Assembly: GCA_965644295.1 (NCBI GenBank)
Contig: CBFFRP010000028.1
Coordinates: forward strand, 124,001 to 188,000
Direction of reading: 5' to 3'
DNA length: 64,000 nucleotides
Source: Paraphysomonas bandaiensis
Lineage: Eukaryota > Protista > Chrysophyceae
The notes beneath the pieces were generated by a model. It was not told the DNA's origin. It did no database searches and saw nothing but the letters and a program-made list of their open reading frames with translations. This document shows, piece after piece, positions 25,400 to 38,600 of this stretch. Each line of letters starts with the position of its first letter. Positions within the stretch are counted from its first letter, which is position 1. The position numbers and the translations under genes are program-made.

Positions 25400-27135
25400 C
25401 TATATTGTAAAGTTGTCACTTTTATAAAGCCACTTTCGAAGTACCACATCTACGCTATCACATGAAAGGGGTTCATAATGTCGAGGCAGTTCATTAATTG
25501 CTATGTTGATGTGAGCACACATGGTAAGCAATATCTCTGGAACAACTTCCAAAACTCGGGAATGAATGTCATCACGAACGAGAGAAGAATAGGAGCACTG
25601 TGCAGAGTAGCTCAAATGCTGATAAAGTGAGAGCTCAACAGCAGCCTTGGATTCATTGAAAGTGCCAATGCATTCAAATGGCTTCTTCCCACCCTTATCA
25701 GCTCCAATAAGCGCAAGAAATATTTCTCTGAGTTCTTTCTTTTCCATCAAATTTTCTCCAAAAATTCCCCAGACTGAAGGCGGTGGAAGGAAAGCAGACA
25801 TGATAAGGTAGACAAACACACATTTCTCACATTTAGCGCACCATCGTGTATAGCCCACTGGATCGTTGCATGATATAAACACATTGTGAAGTTGTTGCAA
25901 TCTTGGTGCCGTGCAAAATATTCTTGCCACCTTATTGTTGATATAACTAGCCATATAGCCAAATGTCGAGTATACTCACCTCTAAGTCCCACATGTTTTC
26001 CAGCGGAGAGCGTACAGTAATACCACCACACACATACTTGCGTACATACTCATTTGCGGCCTGTACAAACCTCGACGACTTGTCATACTGGTGATTCACC
26101 TAAAACGCGCAGTCAATTGCGGTCATTTGACGGCATATACGATAACTTACTTCCACACCCTCATATGTCACTCCATTTCCGAAATCAGCAGACTTTTCGT
26201 TACCCAGAAGCACTTCTTTGTGACCGGTCAGTACTCCCACCTGCTGTACAATTACCACACCAACGACGAAAAATAACACTACTGCACCAGGACGGCATCG
26301 AATAGAACTAGGGCCGCCCAAGGATGTCCACATGGTTGCAAGTACGACTTCGATGTGCGCCGCAGATCCTCATATCCAAAACTATGCCGCACTGACAACA
26401 GATGCATCAACAACTGGCTACATAGCCGATAATCTTACCTGTGTGATATTTACTTCCAGCTACACGAGATATATGGTGTAGGCGCCAGTTTTGCTGGAAC
26501 TCTGTTTGTCCATCGGAAACGTAAAAGAGACTCGGGCGCTTGCCGGAACTTAAACTGAGGTGCCAGGTCACAAGACTATCCTTGCCACCTGCACATCTAA
26601 TTTACATGATTCACACTGCAAGTGATATGTATTTACCTCCGATTGGAACCAATACATCTTCGACCTGCGCATGGTCCATTGGCAAGGCTAGAAGCATATC
26701 GTCCTTGTGTGAGTCAGTCCCAGACTCTGACCACTCGATAACTGGAGCCTCGGCATTGTTGCAATAAAGATACTCTAACAGCACATTAGAGTACAGTTGT
26801 TGCCAGAAAGGAAGCACATCAGACGTGCGGCGGCTGATATTTCTATTGATGATTATCCGACGGCAGCCGAACCCCATCCAGTACCAGGGCAACACACACA
26901 TGCCTATACACCACACCGCATGGTGCATGTCGTCAGGGAGATCTCTGTCGATAGTCAGAACCGATTCAATGGATGTTCTATTGCAATAACTGAAGCAGAA
27001 AGTGATTTCTGTCTGCTGCTTGCTCTCATCGCGATGTATTTTAATATCTGTGAAATAGAAGGCCTCATGAGGATCTTTCTCGAAGAGACTGTTAATGTGA
27101 AAACACTCCTCATCCTCCGCATCTATCTCAACCAT
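25400..27135 (-). CDS. murL: MurL-like PP-loop ATP-dependent epimerase homolog (UDP-MurNAc-L-Ala-L-Glu epimerase family), about 497 aa, 6 exons
   Basis: Exons 27135-26637, 26588-26439, 26391-26288, 26240-26151, 26099-25980 and 25930-25400 splice in frame (1494 nt). Motifs in order: VLVPIGGGKDSLV, GHP, GNEKSADFGN, VNHQYDKS, SCN..WCAKCEKCVFVYL, IFGENL, KKPFECIGT. Confidence 0.8.
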
Positions 27136-27507
27136 AGTTAGATGAGGTGTAGTTGATATGGGGGGGTGTATGGTGCTATGGGGGGTGATGGTGTGGGTAC
27201 ATACATGTACACTGCACTGCACTGCACTGCGAGCGATCTGAGAGGCTGTAATCTTTCTTCGACTTCTTTCTTGCTTCTATTTTGTATCTCAATAGCGTAC
27301 TACTGCAATAGTAGACAAGTACGATTGGTGTAGACAAGTATAATGTACTGCTATACTTGTACCTCACGACGACATATGGAGCATATCCAAGTAGTATCGT
27401 ACTATCATCACTGGGCAGTGTGGTCTTAATGTATCATACCATACATACATGTCGCTTATAAGATCATACTCCTCTTCTTAATACCAGCGATACTTAAATC
27501 CCTTCTC

Positions 27508-29067
27508 ATGGCAACCCTTAAATACCATAAACCAGGCGAGTTAACAGTGATATCGATTCCTCAGTTCGATACAGAGCACTTTCCCTCATGCCCTAAAATA
27601 AACTATAGGAAACTACTGTCATCTCTGTTACCTCCCACTGACAGTGATGCTCCCGCTAAACCCGAATCAAGTAATACAGACTCCATCCCTTCAGGTGCTG
27701 AACCAGATCTAGTGAATGGAGTCAGTCCCGTGAGTAAGGCACGCGGTAAGCACTGTAATATAGTGGAGAGGCTGGAGAAGAAATACTTCGGGTCTGTGAC
27801 CGCAGAATCGGAAGAGAGTGACAGCATGTCTAGTGGGAATAATGTACCATCGGGTAAAGATATGAAGAAGAGGAAATTGAAATCATCCGCTCTAGACGAT
27901 TACGATTTAAATGACTCTTTCATTGACGATTCAGAGACTATAATTGCTGCCGAAAAGCGAATGAAGGTTAAGCGTACCAAAACGAAGCATGATGGATTTT
28001 TTGTGTCGTCCGGAGAACTGGAAGTCGTTTATAATAGTGAAGAAGTAGGTGGACCAGCGCCTGTAAAGTCCTGGGATCCACCGGAGGGATTAGTGGAAGC
28101 ACTTCAAGTGTTTAGAGCACAGGTACGGGAGCACTGTGGGCTAGATGAACACGAAGACCACCAGAAAATTCCACAAATTAAATACTTTCCTCGTGCACTC
28201 GACGAACATTTGTCTAAGGTAGATATTGTTGCTGCTGACGCGAGAATGGGGTCCGTTAGAAAGAACTCCCCGTATTTAGCAGCTTTGCGAGAGGCATTGG
28301 GGTCAGGCATATCTGATGGTGCACTCAAAACAGCGGTGCTCCGAATAAGGGCTCACAGAGCGGCTGTGGAGAGACATCTTCAACTCATGCAGCGTATTGA
28401 GGAGGTAGGCACCACCATTCGAAATAAAATAGTCGCTATGGAAACCGATGCAACTGCGGACTCAGCTCGTTACAGCGTAAAGTGGGATACATCGCTACGG
28501 GGTGATGTGTGTTCCGTAGAAGAGCTCTGTATGGATTGGGTGGCCGCTGAAAATGATCATAGAAGCCGTCTGCGGGCCTCGGACAAGAAGGAGATGTCCG
28601 AATCAGAAGTATGTTCTTTCTCAAACGATAATGTTTAACCTGTGCCATTGCCCGCAGACAATACAACTAAACGGAAATCGCGAACTCACGAAAGTACTGA
28701 AAAAAGTATCGGCAATAGCATTTGCTGCACCTTATTCCGATGACAATGTTGAGAAGGGTGGGCTTTCTGGTCTAAGAAAGGCTCTGACTACAGAAAAGGG
28801 GTAATGCGCTGAGCTAGTCGGTATTGAATTATTCACTTAATGCTATGATCATATAGGAGACGGAAAAGGAATAGTGTATCTGTAGCAAAGGAACGGAGCA
28901 AATCGTCTACGCAACCGCCTACACAACCGTCTACGCAACCGCCTACACAACCGTCTACGCAACCGCCTACGCAACCGTCTGAGGAACTAACGGTGACCAC
29001 TGAGCTGAATGTGGTTTCCGCTGTTGCACCTGGAGATGGTTCGCTTTCAACTTCAACAGATGGCTAA
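27508..29067 (+). CDS. HPC2/ubinuclein-like HIRA complex subunit
   Basis: NIVERLEKKY plus the HRD motif YDLNDSFIDDSE ... GFFVSSGELE. Introns 28609-28657 and 28801-28856. Confidence 0.82.
28904..28980 (+). repeat. Coding 12-bp repeat (STQP/PTQP) in the last exon of the HPC2-like gene
   Basis: Alternating TCTACGCAACCG and CCTAC(A/G)CAACCG units, about 6 copies. Confidence 0.9.
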
Positions 29068-29645
29068 AGTGTGAATATGTTTCTATAGAGAGAACATATT
29101 TCTAGCTGTAAGAAGTGCAATATTGTGTAAATGAAGAATGTATTTTGATAATGTTCCGTAGTATAAGTCATAGAACTAGCCATAATGTATCATTTCCTGT
29201 AGAAAGTCGACATAACTATGATTATATACTCAACGCTCTACGCGGATAAATTAAGTAGAATGAGTGATGCGACCATAACAAATTACTATAATTCCGCACT
29301 CATTAAGTTGAACCTTTTCAATTAGCAGAATATGACTACACGCTCCTAATATTAGTACAATTTACAGATGCTAAATGCTAATGACGATGGTAATTTTTGT
29401 TTTCTGAATCTCACTATCATTTTGATGAATATCTGCAAATATATATAAAATAGAACATATTGACTGAGTATATCATGATCATGGTTTTCGGAACTCAGTT
29501 TATGCTTCGAAACTCAATAGGAAAGTGGCTGAGACGTCGTCTATAGGAATTATATATTATATATCACATTATATCCACCTTACGTCTACATGATATATTT
29601 ATATAGAGTAATATAACAATACTACATATGGAACTGTCTCAATAC

Positions 29646-30910
29646 TCAGTTATTGAGGACCCATACGCGCAGCTCTTCTACTGAATAATAACGGGTAACA
29701 AAGTTAGCAACTGGGAATATACATGACGCAAAGTCCAATTCACTATGCAAATTAAGTTCCTTTTCTAAAGAGATACAGTAAGTGCGCGCGGTATCAACAG
29801 GAGATGACTCCAAGGGGCTAAATACTAGATCTCCCGCTACCGTCCCAGTTTTTAAGTTCGTCTGAAAGATGTCACTGTAAGTGGGGCACACAAATAACAG
29901 GTTAAGTACCGCAACAAGTCTTTTGTCCACAGCATACTGCAATGCTGCAGACAACTTGTCTACACAGTCAAACTCTACTGCATCCCCTCTTTCACCAGCT
30001 AATGCGATACACTGCTCCATTGCCAAACTCGTCACGTCAGCACCTTCAAGGATAAAACTAAAGGAGAGCGGTTGTCCATTAAACATAATTAGCGTATCCA
30101 GTATTGTCTGCACAGTGGTATGTTATATAAATCAGTCGAATGCACGAAGGCAGAACACTCACCATGTTCATTGCATGTCTCCGAACAACGACACCATTCA
30201 TCACAAACGCTTTTAAGTAACCGACATAGTTAACAAGTTGTTCCTGTAGCTTCTCCGTGCACTTTCTCTGGGATGGACCCTCTGTATAGCTACGGGTGCA
30301 TTGCTCCACTGCAACTGCTTGTGTCGACAAGAAATGGGGTTCAACATGAAATCCTGTGTCTTCACCATTGAGAGTAAGGTGTAACTACAGATAGCGCTTT
30401 ATATCAGTAGGCTACACATAACGCATCTCTATACTACCTCATATTCCAGTAAACCGACATCGCTGTTCATGGCTTCTGCTGATGTTGACGCTCTAACAAT
30501 ATTTCCAAGAACGAATTCCTTCTCATTCTCGATTGAATGCTCTAATATACTTTCTACTGATATACTACAATTTAAGTTAAAGTCCTTGATGCCAGCAGCT
30601 ACTGCAGGCTCACGTGACTGCAGCTCCAAACAAAACTGCCTCCCAACTGATTCTATTTCAGATCTTGAGGAGTTGAAGCGAATCACATGCTTCATATTGT
30701 ATAGTTCAAACTCAGTCTATTATCGAGTAATGTCATCGCTTTAACTGCAGCATATAGCTGATGCATACCGTTATTTCGAACCCATCCGCATACTCCGTAC
30801 TGATAGTAGACACCTCATCAGCAGCAGCTAGATGAGATAAAAACAACAGCAAATGTGTCGTCACGAGGTAGGAATACATATCACTCCCAAGGAAGCAATG
30901 ACTCACTCAT
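29646..30910 (-). CDS. Hypothetical protein (multi-exon)
   Basis: An ATG-A|GTGAGT micro first exon at 30910 splices to TAADEVSTISTEY. It continues into ORF pieces 30429-30695, 30079-30330 and 29646-30113, separated by intron-sized gaps. No recognised domain. Confidence 0.6.
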
Positions 30911-30967
30911 GCGTACAAGCTGCATCGTTAATGCTCATCAGTCTGCTGTACCAGATGTCCACATGTA

Positions 30968-31657
30968 CATACATACATACATACATTCATACATACATAC
31001 ATACATACATACATTCATACATACATACATACATACATACATACATACATACATACATACATACATACATACATACATACATACATACATACATACATAC
31101 ATACATACATACATACATACATACATACATACATACATACATACATACATACATACATACATACATACATACATACATACATACATACATACATACATAC
31201 ATACATACATACATACATACATACATACATACATACATACATACATACATACATACATACATACATACATACATACATACATACATACATACATACATAC
31301 ATACATACATACATACATACATACATACATACATACATACATACATACATACATACATACATACATACATACATACATACATACATACATACATACATAC
31401 ATACATACATACATACATACATACATACATACATACATACATACATACATACATACATACATACATACATACATACATACATACATACATACATACATAC
31501 ATACATACATACATACATACATACATACATACATGCATACATACATACATACATACATACATACATACATACATACATACATACATACATACATACATAC
31601 ATACATACATACATACATACATACATACATACATACATACATACATACATACATACA
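30968..31657. repeat. (CATA)n microsatellite, about 690 bp
   Basis: Near-perfect array between divergent starts at about 30910 (-) and about 31770 (+). Confidence 0.99.
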
Positions 31658-31769
31658 CGTATATACGGTATACCGGATACTGTTACATGGCTGTATGAAG
31701 AGTATTCCACATCACCATCTTATTGAGTTCTCTAATGGGCATATTGATGCATGTACACGCATATCTGTC

Positions 31770-32462
31770 ATGCGGGACATTCAATCGCAGGTAGAGTCTG
31801 ACTTCGAAGAAGATGCAGCAGAACATGATAGTCACAGCCACACACCCATGATTAAGATGCTTGTGTCTGATGTGGTGGCGGGGGCTGTTATCGGCAAGGG
31901 GGGATCTGCTATACGAGATATGCAGAGCTCGAGTGGAGCACTGGTAAGAGTATCCCAGCCGCGTGACTACTATCCAGAGACCTCTGAGAGGACAGTAGTC
32001 TTGAGTGGGTCTGTAGATAGCATTCTTCAAGCCCAGAGGATCATATGGCAGAAGATAGCACAGGTAGACCCCCCACATACCCCTCTATGACGTTCATATG
32101 CCTTGTAGTTCAGCAAACCCAAGGATCGAGGACCTGTATGCGATGTGACGTATGTAGCAGGAAAGGTTCTGATTCCTAACGAGTGTGGGGGTCTGATTAT
32201 TGGTCGCGGAGGCTCCAGTATCCGAACTGTACAAGAGGAATATGCAGCAAGACTACATGTCACACCAAGCGATAGCGATGCGTCGCGCATCTCTCGAGAG
32301 CGTGTAGTTACTGTTACAGGATCGCTGGAGTCGTGTATTAAGGCATCGGGGTGGATAGCTATAAAGTTGGCGGAATCCTCTCATCTAAGCTATCGCAACC
32401 AGAGCACTTCTTATACTCGTATACAGTCATCTACATCCCGTATTGAGACTACGGATAAATGA
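31770..32462 (+). CDS. Two-KH-domain RNA-binding protein, Nova/BTR1-like
   Basis: KH1 AGAVIGKGGSAIRDMQSSSGALVRVSQPRDYYPETSER and KH2 CGGLIIGRGGSSIR. Intron 32064-32108. Confidence 0.88.
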
Positions 32463-32775
32463 TGTTCAGTTGGTATATTTTTGATTCGTTTCAATGTTGG
32501 TTATGTGCGCATAGTCATACAGGGCTGTACACTATTTTCATTGATTCGTTGGTAGCCCCGAATGCGTCCTAATTGTCTTACTTTTTCTACGTATTTGAGG
32601 ACGATGAAAGCAAGAAAATTGGCAAAATAGAACTCTATTGCGTGCAGTATTCGTATTGATCATCAATCTCAGGCGCATATTGTCAAATGAAGGCTGCTGC
32701 TTGCAAGTTTCGATGCTGCATCATTGCTAGCAACTTTTGTTATAGCAATTTGTACGCATATCATCCTATACGAAA

Positions 32776-33310
32776 GTCTGATAATTTAGCAATAGGCGTC
32801 AAGAATCGTCACCAGTTAAGTAGCTAGATGAAAACTAGTCAAGGTAGATAGACTTCTACCTGTAACTAACTAGTTCTAACTCTCATATCCTACTATTTAA
32901 CGCTACGAAAGCTGCTTGTGCGTCGGGGGGTCTGCCCTTGGGATGAGAGTTCCACCAGGCTCTGAGGTACAGGGTTCTGTATTAAGGTCCTGAGTGTACC
33001 GAGTGCTAGATGTGTGCGCTGAGAGGTGGGTGGTGTGGTGGAATGTGGCGTTGTCTCAGTGCACCGTTTGGGCGTCAGGCATAGGTGGAGTTGCCGGAGA
33101 CGGCGTCGTTGTCTAGGGCCCGAACATTTCATGCGGGCCGGTGATATGTTCCTGTGTGTATGAGTGGTGTGGGCGGTGGTCCAGTCTCGGGTCGTCTGTG
33201 GACTCCTAGTAATCGTAGCACCTTTGGGCGTTTTCATTTCTGTCTACGTATTTGGCGCGGATATGGGAGTAGCCTAGGGGGTCCTTTGTGTAGGGTAATG
33301 TATCGTCACT
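32776..33310 (-). mobile_element. Dispersed repeat copy, possibly the 3' end of a truncated non-LTR retroelement
   Basis: Shares GTCTGATAATTTAGCAATAGGC and ATATCCTACTATTT(A/G)ACGCT(A/G)CG..GCTGCTTGTGCGTCG with 52697-52805. The adjoining body is C/A-rich on the minus strand. The element class is inferred only. Confidence 0.5.
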
Positions 33311-33884
33311 TCGATCATGGATCATGAGCATGCGCATATATTGTCTGAACATTCACTCTGCTATCATGTCCAAAAACCGTATTAGTTGTCTGATGTAGTG
33401 TTAAATGAATTAACTAGTAAAAGAAACTGAAAATATATAACTCTGTAGTATATACATATGTCATTTTCTTCTCAGCTAGATGCGTCATCATTTTGCGTAA
33501 CATTCCAGCAATATGGAGTAATTCGTGGTGTAAAATTAAGCGCTACACAGCGTACCTTCTATTAATATGTAGACAACAAGGTTGCGATGATTGTGTTGAC
33601 ATTCTCGTTATGAAACAGTCAAAAAGCACACTCGACTCGACCTATAGCTTCGTTGTCAATTATTTTTCAATTTTTCTTACATACTACTTCCTCTTTTGCA
33701 GAGCAATAAGACAATAAAAACACGCCCCTAAATAACTTTGATTGTCTACTGACTGTCACTATATCACTAACTCGACAACTTACACTACGACGACCTACAC
33801 ATTCACCGCTATTGCAGAAACCGATTAAACAAACACATTTCACACGCCCTCTAGTTGAACTAAATTAATAGCTGCTATCGCGCA

Positions 33885-36800
33885 TCACTTCAAAACATTA
33901 AAACTACTCTTGGTTCCACTCTCACTGCAGAGGCACTACATACGAATAATTACATAAACCAAATCACACTCTAATACTTACTTTACTCAACGCAGCATCG
34001 TTCCAAGCCCGCATAAAGGTTCTGCAAAAAATCATAAGGATCAATTGAGAGTGAACAATAATAGGACTTACTTCTTGTTGACCCCTTCCACCGGAAAAAC
34101 CGGATTCTGAAGCTCCACTACTCGGAATAGTTCGTTGATTGATACAATGTCGGCAAGCAAGGCAGAACGATCAATATCCATGCCAAGAGCTTTTATAACT
34201 ATGTCGGGTGTAACTACACCGGTGCGATCTGCAACAGTCACAGTGAGACCAGGCAGATAAAAAATGAAGGTGACTCCGTACCAATATCCAAATATTCGAA
34301 TGCTTGTGAAGCTCTATCATCATCGATTGCCATCCTATGACCATGGGTGAGCGATTCACAATGCTATCAGGCCAACACAAACCTTTGGCATACAGCTGCC
34401 GCAATATACTCGTTATAGGTTATCTCGCGAAGCTGGGGCTTGGATGAAGGTGGTTGGGGTGGAATTAGGGATCCAGGTTGATCCGAGGCACAACATCCAG
34501 CTAGTTGACGAGGTGATGTGATAGCGTAAAATATCTCTTCCAGCTCCGCTAACTACGAAACACAGCTATTTCACCACTACAATTATACAGTAAGGGGGTT
34601 CAGGTACCTCGAAGGAGGTTCCAAGGGCTAGCATTTCATTAAGTGATATTGTTCCGCTATGATCATGATCGATTTCCAGAAACTCGGTACGATATGATGA
34701 TATCTGAGCACCTTTTACACATGGTAAACATATATGACGGAGCTTACCTGATCGGTGGTGAGTGTGTACGCAATTAACTCTAGCACCAACTTTGTCAGCG
34801 TCGGCAGTGATGAGAAGACTCGCAAACTATCGATTAATCACAAGAGCGCTCGATACATACATACAATATATCCCCACACCTTTTAACAATATCACCGGCG
34901 CTCGTTCGCAGATTTTCTGATAGTTGAATGCGTTTATTCTGTGGGGAAGGGAATGGAGGCATGCTCTGGCGGGACGTTGGACTAAAAGGCATGAGGGGGC
35001 CCGGACCATTGGACAACTGCCCAAGAATGAAAGGGTGCTGCAAGGCCTCGTCTGCTGTCATCCTACATAGCACATCAAACATTTACAATTCGTCAGCATA
35101 GTTACACACCGGAACTCTGGATTCTTAACCAGGAGGCGTCGCATGAAATCAAGGCCAATGTGAGACACGTGTCTGCGAGGCGAAAAATTAATAACCTATA
35201 ACCCATTAGCAACTTCTGCACTAACTTGAATCGTCGTTCAGGATACTCTGCTTCTTTCGTTAATGTACTATTGTGAATATCATCCGGAGTTTTGCCTGTG
35301 CGTCATCGTAAATAAAACATATAAACATCGGGTACGTACCAAAAAACGGTGGAGATCCTGAGAGTAACATGTAACATATCACCCCGAGTGACCAGAGGTC
35401 ACATCGATGATCGTAGTCCCCTTTAAGAACCTCAGGTGCGGTGTAATAGCACGATCCCACCCGCTGTCGCATGCGTTCAGTGCGGTCAAAATGCTTACTG
35501 AGACCAAAGTCGATTAGGATCAGCGGCGAGGACGAAGACTCCCCTTCGAACAAAAAGTTCTCCAGTTTCAAATCTCTGTACAACGAAAGGTTAGATGCGT
35601 GCTAGAAATTCAGTAAAGTATATTTACCTATGCACGATGCCCATCGAGTGAAGGTATTTTATGCTGCTTAACATATCCTTCATCAAGCGGGAGGCCCTGT
35701 CCTCACGGAACACGAATCCCTGACTCTTTCCTGAGGTGAGCATTTCGTAAAGTTCTCCGCCTCTGCATGATGCCCGTCAGATATAACTTCTACAAACACT
35801 TAGATATGTACGGCAACATAACTCACCGGCAGAGGTTTGTAACCAGATACACCGAGCGCCGCCCAAAGAACACATCCTGTAACTTTATGATATTAGGGTG
35901 GTCTACTTCTCGAAGAATGGCGATCTCAGTGTGTAATTTCCTGTGAATAAAGCACATGAGATTTCATTCGTACGCATCATCGCAGAAACATACTTTAGGT
36001 AGTAAGAAGTCACGCGGTCGACATTCATAACTTTCACCGCCCGTTCATCTCCGGTAACCCTGTGCGTAGCTAAGTAAACGGACCCGTAGCTACCTTTCCC
36101 TAGTTTATTTCGTCCGTGCACATTATAATACTCGGCACAAGAGGATCCCGAGAAATGCTCTCGAACAAAGTTTTGGGCTAGTGTGCTGGTCTCACGAACC
36201 TTTGCCGCTGCACAACATACACGAGTCGTTATTCATTAAAATATGAGCAGCATATTAACACCTGACACCCGGAGTTTATCATGAATCTCTGCATTCCTGT
36301 GAGGTAAGATAGATTCTAATACACGAAAGTACACGCTGGCTGCGTGGTAGTTTCTACTAGCATCCTCCCGCATCCCCTCTCTCAGCTGCTCGTCCGCAAA
36401 CTCCATGATCTCATTGGCCTAAATGATACCCGTAAAATGCTGTCACGAATACTTTAACTGTACCTCAGATATCAAGACATCCTCTGCATGCGTAACTACG
36501 ATTTTCAGCTTTGCAGAATTTTCGATTGCTGGGGTGAGGGCAGACTCAATCGCCAATTGACTTGAAAATTTGTCGCGGATAGTCTCGAAGAGAACCAAAC
36601 ACGACTGGGCACCTTCGTCAATATGAGTTTCAACAACCCTGTGTAGCTTCAAAAGAATTAATCACATGTTTGAAAGTGATACATATCCTCTATACCTTCA
36701 AAGCATGATTGATGGCACATATGACCACTCGTTTGTATCGATTCGACACCTCAGAAGAGTCGGTGGACTTCAAGTAGCCCCTATGCAGCATTTAAGTAGA

Positions 36801-36928
36801 CCCTCTCACTACCAGCCCACTTACCGTAAAGCCTTTTGAGCTTCTCCCAGGAACATTGATATGGGTCTAAGGGATGGTGGGATCTCCATCCCTACTCCAT
36901 TTACCACATCTGGATCATCCTCGCCCAT
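33885..36928 (-). CDS. Calcium-dependent protein kinase (CDPK-like) with an N-terminal Vta1/LIP5-like domain, many exons
   Basis: Kinase motifs LGKGSYG, AVK, DHPNIIKL, HRDLKLEN, DFG, GSCYYTAPE. Junction SLRVFSSLPTLTKLVLELIAYTL. EF-hand DHDHSGTISLNE. The N-terminal exons splice in frame from ATG 36928. The 3' end is approximate. Confidence 0.9.
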
Positions 36929-38600
36929 CTTGTGCTCTACTGATGTATATGTGTCTGATATATGTCTCTGTTATGCCATTGATATCTCCGATAACACGCT
37001 TGATGACTAACGGATCTAATAGAATCAACAGTTGCTTGGCTCGAGCTGCATGAATGTATCTGCTATGCTGAGACACAGTCTTCTATACGGTAATCTTTCT
37101 CCACGTACTCTCTATGTGCTAAACACACACAGTACCACACGACATACGATACTTTCTACCCAACCCTACAAAAAATATATGCTTTTTCATACTACAAAAT
37201 TACTTTTAAAATTAGGGATTTTCTAGCAATTTCAATTCACAAAATTAAAAATTTGCACCCTTTATACTACCCGGGTATTAAATATTTGGGGTAAAATAAT
37301 TGAAAAGTACGTCAAGGTTACGTACTTTGCAGTATATGCGAACTTCCTCGTGTCTTTTTTTATAGCCCATCAAAAAAGGGACTTTATAGCGCAAGAATAT
37401 ACTGTTTTTTTCAATGATTTCATCAGTTTGGTGTGGTGAAACACAGATACACAGATACACAGTATCTAGCTGACGACAGGCCCGCATATAGAGTGGAATG
37501 AATAGACTGCAATTGAACCGATAGTATCACCCAGCGGTAGAACAGTTCATTCAGAGGAATGGAATGAAAGAATCAAAGGAGGCTATCTGTTTGACTATCA
37601 TCTATCTCATGATTCATACTGTACCCGTGTACCTGTACCTGTGTACCTGTAGGTGCTGGCCCATGTTGTTCATATTATCTTTATTTGTTTCCTATAATTT
37701 ACAATTGTTCGTGTACATTTTCAGAGAGTTATTGAAGGAGGTCTACTGGATTAACTGCGGACGAAAGTAATACCATCCTAGTTATGCTTTTTATCAAAAA
37801 CCCGAATTTGTAATTTCATTGCGTTATCACTTAAGTAGTCTACCCTTATTCATAATAAGCTCCAGTACATGCAACATATAATGAGATAATGAGTCGCAGT
37901 GGGTTGGGGGAGATCAAATAAAATATACGATCACTACAGCAGTCACTGCCTAGAACCCCATAAGACGTATAGCATATCTTTATTAGATATCAGAGCCTGA
38001 TATATACTTTGCACAATTATCAGTACACATCAAGGGGTGGAAACAGTTACCGGCAGACCCATGTATAACGTGAGTTTAGGCAGACTATATCGAATATCGT
38101 AGTACCTATGTGCTATATTCATATATGCATTGTGCAGAGTACTTTAAAGCCTTCTGGAATATGGAATACATACTTCTGTATCTCTCTAAAACTTTAAGTG
38201 CTACGTTGTAATCCATTATGTATTCGCTGTTGCTCGGGTAAATGGACCGTTAGGACAACATATACGTACATGTCTTGTGTTTAAATGCGAAACTGAAATT
38301 GAATAGCAAGAGTATTTCGATTTCGATGTATGGGTCTGTCAGCTAAGCGGACAGAGTCACATACTGGTCCAAACAGATTTCGTATAGGAATGGAATTCAA
38401 CATATAATAAATGTCGAAAAGTTAGAATTACATAGCGAGCATCAATAGCAATCAAGCAGGGCAGCTCTTACCACGAATATGGCTAATTAAACGATACATC
38501 ATCGCGGAAAACACCTGCTCTCTATTCGAGACAGAATTAAATACTATAAACAAGAGTCAGTGCTAAACTAATATCCGCAGTGGAAACAACACATAAGGCG

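Noticed and set aside
25400-27135. Bacterial contamination as the source of the MurL-like gene
   Set aside because: The gene has five host-type spliceosomal introns and is contiguous with eukaryotic genes.
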